Assembly: GCA_964016885.1 (NCBI GenBank)
Contig: OZ024743.1
Location: forward strand, 345,898,001-345,962,000
Direction of reading: 5' to 3'
Source: Eledone cirrhosa
Taxonomy: Eukaryota
DNA length: 64,000 bases
In this document: one piece after another, positions 57,969-64,000 of the stretch
Position numbering within the stretch: position 1 is the stretch's first letter
How the letters are laid out: the number at the start of each line of letters is the position of its first letter
Notes under the pieces: generated by a model
Seen by the model: only the letters and a program-made list of their open reading frames with translations
Databases searched by the model: none
Told to the model about the DNA's origin: nothing
Made by a program: the position numbers and the translations under genes

Positions 57969-57970
<2 letters not shown>
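57835..57970 (+). mobile_element. short (TA)n-embedded stub with an HHR-like core
   Basis: CTGATGA-TTTC-TAAT-GAAT-GAAAC at 57842; weak stems. Confidence 0.4.
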
Positions 57971-58034
<64 letters not shown>

Positions 58035-58409
58035 GGAAAAAATGAAACGAAATTTCATTTCACGCTCTTAGTACGGCTGTTACTTAAATATAAGTATGTA
58101 TACGAACATACATATATGTATACAGACGTACAGTAGTATGTATGTATATTCATACATGCACACATATATATATGTACGTATGGATTCACCAAACATTTAT
58201 TATAATGCTCGGTGTGTTTGTAAACAAACATCCCGTATTAAGCCGTAGTGTCTAGCAACCATCGTTGCGCGTTTGTTCAACACTGGCAAAGGAACGCTGT
58301 ACTAGTTTCCAGCTTATTAGCTATCGTCAGCAACGTATACCTTCATGCCAGATGATTGAACGTCTGAAAGTATATACTGTCCTTATGCATATTAACGGCT
58401 GAGTAGCCC

Positions 58410-58418
<9 letters not shown>
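58035..58418 (-). mobile_element. diverged family E monomer (HHR at 58294-58336)
   Basis: Minus strand ACGTTG-CTGACGA-TAGCTAATAAGCTG-GAAA-CTAG-TA-CAGCGT; collinear with 18600-18990. Confidence 0.85.
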
Positions 58419-58480
<62 letters not shown>

Positions 58481-58491
58481 TATATATATAT

Positions 58492-58550
<59 letters not shown>

Positions 58551-58562
58551 TATATTTATATA

Positions 58563-58637
<75 letters not shown>

Positions 58638-58869
58638 TTTCCCCTGTTCTCTTTTCTTTTTGCTTTCTTCTTTTTTCTTTATCTATCTTTCCCTTTCTTT
58701 TCTCCACGTTTCTCCACGTTTCTCTCTCTCTATATATATATATAAATATCTTTTTACTTACTCTTAACACTATGACTTACTAAAGTAAACAAACCACTAT
58801 CCGGATGGCCTCCAAAAAAATGGTCACCTTTTTGAAAGTGTACGTCAATATCTATTTGTAAAACTGTTA

Positions 58870-58985
58870 TATATTGTATTTTGTCTGATGAAGGCATATC
58901 ATGATTTAACTTGGTATCCTTGAAATATATATATAATGAAATAAATATGGTTTTATAAATATAGTTTCCATTTATTAATATTGTA
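58870..58985 (+). mobile_element. family D stub with HHR (58885-58931)
   Basis: CTGATGA-AGG...CCTT-GAAA-TATA-TA and downstream match to 17805-17862. Confidence 0.78.
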
Positions 58986-59000
58986 TATATATATATATAT

Positions 59001-59825
59001 ATTATAAAATTAGTCCCTCACCAGTGATTTGCCAACCATCATTGGTATTTCATCGCATTAAAAATCAGATACCTCAGTTGGTGCGAGCAATAACTAAAAT
59101 AAGCTATTGGGACAAGTGAATCGCGTAAAGCGAGTGAGACAAGTAAACAACATAGAAGGAAAGCAAACCGAAGGTAGGAAAACACCAAGCAACATGATGG
59201 TTATCCAGTCAGCATAAGCTGGGTGAATTTCATGAGCGGTCAGAAAATAGACCATCCGTCGTGAATGAGGTGTGAGAAAGAAGGAACCCCACTACTAACG
59301 AACGGAAGGAAGTGAGAAGGGGAGAAACAGAGAGTGAGTGAGTGGAAGTGCGAGGAAGAGGTCAGTCGAGAGAAAGTGTAACTGACAGAGGGGGCGAAAG
59401 AAGGTGAGAGAAACAGAGAGAACGGGGAAGCAGTAAGAGAGAAAGAGAGAAACAGATAATCGCAGTCGTTGTAAATATGTATGAAAAACAAGGGAAGAAT
59501 GAGGAATACTGCGGGGTTGCACATGGGTTACATATTATAAAATTAGTCCCTCATCAGTGATTTGCCAACCATCATTGGTATTTCATCGCATTAAAAATCA
59601 GATACCTCAGGTTGGTGCGAGCAATAACTAAAATAAGTTATTGGGACAAGTGAATCGCGTAAAGCGAGTGAGACAAGTAAACAACATAGAAGGAAAGCAA
59701 ACCGAAGGTAGGAAAACAGCAAGCAACATGATGGTTATCCGGTCAGCGTAATCTGGGTGAATTTCATGAGCGGTCAGAAAACAGACATCTGCCGTGAATG
59801 AGGTGTGAGAAAGAAGGAACCCCAC
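59001..59825 (-). mobile_element. family G partial tandem, 533-bp unit x about 1.55
   Basis: ATTATAAAATTAGTCCCTCA at 59001 and 59534. Confidence 0.9.
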
Positions 59826-59910
59826 GCATACATACATATATATATACATATATATGTATATATATAAATGTATATATAAAGTATATACGTATAATACACA
59901 CACACACACG

Positions 59911-59969
<59 letters not shown>

Positions 59970-61105
59970 GTGTGCGTATGTTTGTTTGAGTTCAACTGTG
60001 TGTGTGTAGGTGTGTTATTCTTTTGTAAATATGTATTTCGTTGAACATTCCTTTTGTAACTATGTAAGGATATGTATATATATAAGTAAATGAAGAAATA
60101 AATAAATAAATATAAAATTAAATGAAAATGAAAAGACACAATAGAATAGTTAGAGAAACTATTGTGTATAATCTGTAAATGAAAGAGCTAAGTCGCGTAA
60201 CAACAACGTTGGCTATTTCAGATAGGGAGTATTGTTTTTATGACACGGAAATAAGTAGACAAATAAATATATATATAATCATGATAATGATGATGGTAAT
60301 AGTAACAAGAGCAAGAAGAAAAACAACAATAATAATAATACCGAGAAAAACAATAATAAAGTAATAATAATAGCGATAATAAAATAATAATAATACCGAT
60401 AATAAAATAATGATAATAATAACAATAATAATAATAATAATAATAAATATAATAATAAGATTAATAGTAAATTTGACATAGTCGTAAAATATATACAAGA
60501 ACAAATTATATAGAAAATAGTATACATAAAAAGACCACAAACAAACATAATCCAACGCGTGCGCATACATACATATTAAGAATACAAACAGGAATAAACC
60601 AATATAGATTTTATGATATATATACATACACCACATATATATGAAATGATAAAGAGAGAAATGCACAATAGATAAAAAATGTATAAATAAAAGTCTGTGG
60701 AAAATGAAATAAAGGAAAGATAAGTGAGATGGATATTATCCGTAGTAAAAATTATAAAAATCATTCATCTGCATTGTAACTTATAATGTAAAAATTAAAT
60801 AAAAAAAAGATTTAGAACGAAATACATACAAAACATAATTATAAAAAAAAAACTATTCATGTTGATATCTAAAAATTTTTGTCATCCTTTCCATCGAACA
60901 TTTAGTTATTCATTTATATACACGCACTCTATTTCTCGGTCCTATCTCTATCTGTCTTACGAATTACATACACATTTACATCTACATATACACACACATA
61001 TACAAACAAACATACAGTAATATATATATGTATGTGTGTGTGTATGTATATATATATACATCTATATGTAGGTATGTATATATATCTATATACATATATA
61101 TGTAA

Positions 61106-61242
<137 letters not shown>

Positions 61243-61258
61243 CACACACACACATAAA

Positions 61259-61303
<45 letters not shown>

Positions 61304-61882
61304 CTATATGTTTGCGTGACTGCGTGTATGTTAGCTTCATTTTTATATGTATCATAAATGGAGCTTCATATATATATACATACATACAAATACATTCAAA
61401 TACACACTCACATATGTATGTTTGTTTGTATATATATATGTGTGTGTGTATGTGTGTGTGTGTGTGCGTGTGTGTGTGTGTTTATGTGTATAACTGTCTA
61501 TCCACTGTAGTTATGTTTGTTGTTTGTTGAATAATTATTTTAAAGCTTCAGAGAATGACACGTAATTTTCTTATTTGATATCTGGTGACAATAGTTTCGA
61601 ATAATCCAATTAGATATTCGGTGAAAGAATACAAGAAAATCTGATAAAAACTCGCTGTCTTTGTGGCATAGTTGATTGGACTAGTTTGGAAATACGAAAC
61701 AGTTAGATCTGACTAATGATAAACAATGAACAATTCTAAAAATTGGAATGCCGAAGACTTAGTCTAGTTAATCATTTCGGCTTCAAACATTGCAAAAACC
61801 TCAACATTATGAGAATAAGAAGGAATCTGCCGGCAAATTATTCGCAGGACAGATGAATAAGAGTGAGAAAGAAAAATAGGGT

Positions 61883-61929
<47 letters not shown>

Positions 61930-62147
61930 GAGAGAGAGAGAGAGAGAGAGGAGGAGAGGCTGGAGAAATGAAGTTAGAAAGAAAGAGAGTGTATGTGCGC
62001 GTGCGTGTTTGAATGGTGGGTAGATGTAATTTTAAAATGAGTGAGATAAAGAAAGAATAAAAAATAACAGTACTTAGGTTTCTTTGTTGACAAGGTGATT
62101 AAATGAATAATATATATATATCTATATTCACACTTTCTCTATCTTCA

Positions 62148-62200
<53 letters not shown>

Positions 62201-62269
62201 GCTCACACACATACATACATACATAAATACATACATATATATATACATATATATATACATATATACACG

Positions 62270-62306
<37 letters not shown>

Positions 62307-62362
62307 GTATGCATATATATATATGTGTGTGTGTGTGTGCATGTATATCTGATCAGTATGTA

Positions 62363-62405
<43 letters not shown>

Positions 62406-63457
62406 GTATATGATACACTTTTGAAACTATATTTAAAAATTGGGGAAGGTAAGACATTTCTCCGGTAACAACTTTATAGTGGTACTTCAAACGTTCAGTG
62501 CATTACAGGGTGGGATATTTTCTTCCTGGTGATATTATTTAGACGCCCAAATTTGGTGTCAGTGCAGAAAGTGGGGAGTGTATTTCGTTTTTTGTTTGTA
62601 TTTTGGTTGTTGTTTTTGTTGTTTTAAGCTGTTCAATTAAAAATACTTGCAAATCGAAATAAAGATACCGAAGTAAAAACCAATAAACATCATGTTTATA
62701 GCACTTATAATTAATGGAATGGAATAATTGGCTACCAACCGCATTTCATGTAACATCAATATCTATGTAGTCCAGAATAAAACTCTAGTTACTTAGGAAA
62801 TTAAGTGACATATTCTTTATTGCTCCCTGGTTCCTAGTTTTACTCGACCCTTCAGGAAATTATACCACGGACTGACGGGACGATTTCTCTCACCTGTGTT
62901 CTCCCTATTTATGAATATGTCACACATAGATCTCTGACGATAGTGATTACAGCATTCGTACTCTTTCCATATGGGACCTTCTGGCGTTAACCTTGTTATC
63001 ACTACTATTATCTTACCCTGTTTGCTTTCTTTCCCTTGTCTTCTTCTTCCGGGAAGATGCCTCATATGTAGCATTGATACCACATGTTTAGCAAAGTTGA
63101 TTCCCTAAATCATCAGTTAGAACTCTTCTTCGCTCAATCCCATCATGTACAGGTTCCGGAATATCATTGTAGTTTTAAGGGATCATAAGCTCTTAGAGAT
63201 TCATACGGATCCCACTTACCAAAAGATTATTGAAAATGATCGCCATTTTCTTTGAGGACGGAAAAAATCGCAAAGATTGTCCGTAGGTGACAATATCTGA
63301 AACTATTGTCAAAATGTCCATGAAGCTCAGGTATGGAGCACAGGCGTGTGCATATTATTATGTCTATTATTGCTTGCAAAGGCCAATTCATACAGTACAA
63401 ACGTACGTATGATGTACATTCATTTATTTAACAAATGAGGAATTGAGACAAAATAAT

Positions 63458-63672
63458 AATTGTTTCTACTTTAGGCACAAGGCCAGCAATTACCCAGTGC
63501 ATTACTGGTGGTTTCTGATTTAGGCAGAAGGCCAACAATTTGGAAGAAAGGAAAGTCCATTAAATCTACTCCAGTGCGTTACTGGTACATTATTGTATCG
63601 ACCCCTTGTTGGAATTTGAACTCAGAACGTAAAGGGTAGTAACTCTAAGCCACAAAGAATTGTATCGGACGA
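63458..63672 (-). mobile_element. two adjacent SINE family A pieces
   Basis: Two 3' ends (GGCACAAGGCCAGC and GGCAGAAGGCCAAC), then core and B-box. Confidence 0.75.
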
Positions 63673-64000
63673 ATAATAATATCCAAATGATTTAACCATT
63701 TTGTGCGCGTACTATACACATATATAAAACTAAAACAACCCACACATACAGTTGTTCCTGGCATTGAGGTAGCTTATCGATGTAATATTTCCAGAATTCA
63801 AACGTGAGTACCTTTCCCCTAATCTCTAAGTTTCCCGTATTATCTGGACATTGCATCAGATTCTATATGTAGACGGACTAATTTTCCCCAACAATCTTCA
63901 ATTTGAAAGTTTTTGGTATTCGTGCCATTTCCTCTCCTATGAGCATATAAATTACTGTCCTATCTTTATTCTCCATCTCAAACAGTCTCTTACTTTCTTA

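Noticed and set aside
62817-63360. 88-aa minus ORF, possibly a transposase relic or exon
   Set aside because: No family motif recognised; needs a translated search

Overview
Very AT-rich, microsatellite-saturated animal intergenic or intronic DNA. The recurrent tRNA-derived SINE (GCCGAGGTTAACTTTGCCTTTCATCCTTACGGGGTCGATAAAATAAAGTACCAG) and the extreme (TA)n/(CA)n load suggest an octopus genome (inference). I found no convincing host protein-coding exon; almost all tracked ORFs are microsatellite read-throughs. Recognisable content is mobile DNA: about 12 SINEs, CR1-type, L2/CR1, Tx1/L1 and RTE LINE relics, a Penelope-like element (PLE) with a GIY-YIG endonuclease, a Tc1/mariner relic, a pogo-like end, a non-autonomous Helitron and possibly a decayed Helentron. 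The most notable hidden pattern is about 20 intact or degenerate type-I hammerhead ribozyme (HHR) motifs from roughly ten unrelated short repeat families. Most are embedded in (TA)n and many are arranged as divergent inverted repeats or tandem monomers (444 and 533 nt), i.e. a dense population of PLE terminal-repeat or retrozyme-like elements. The RTE LINE has a 5' inversion with a 9-bp target-site duplication (twin-priming geometry). All calls are by eye; no searches or folding were run.
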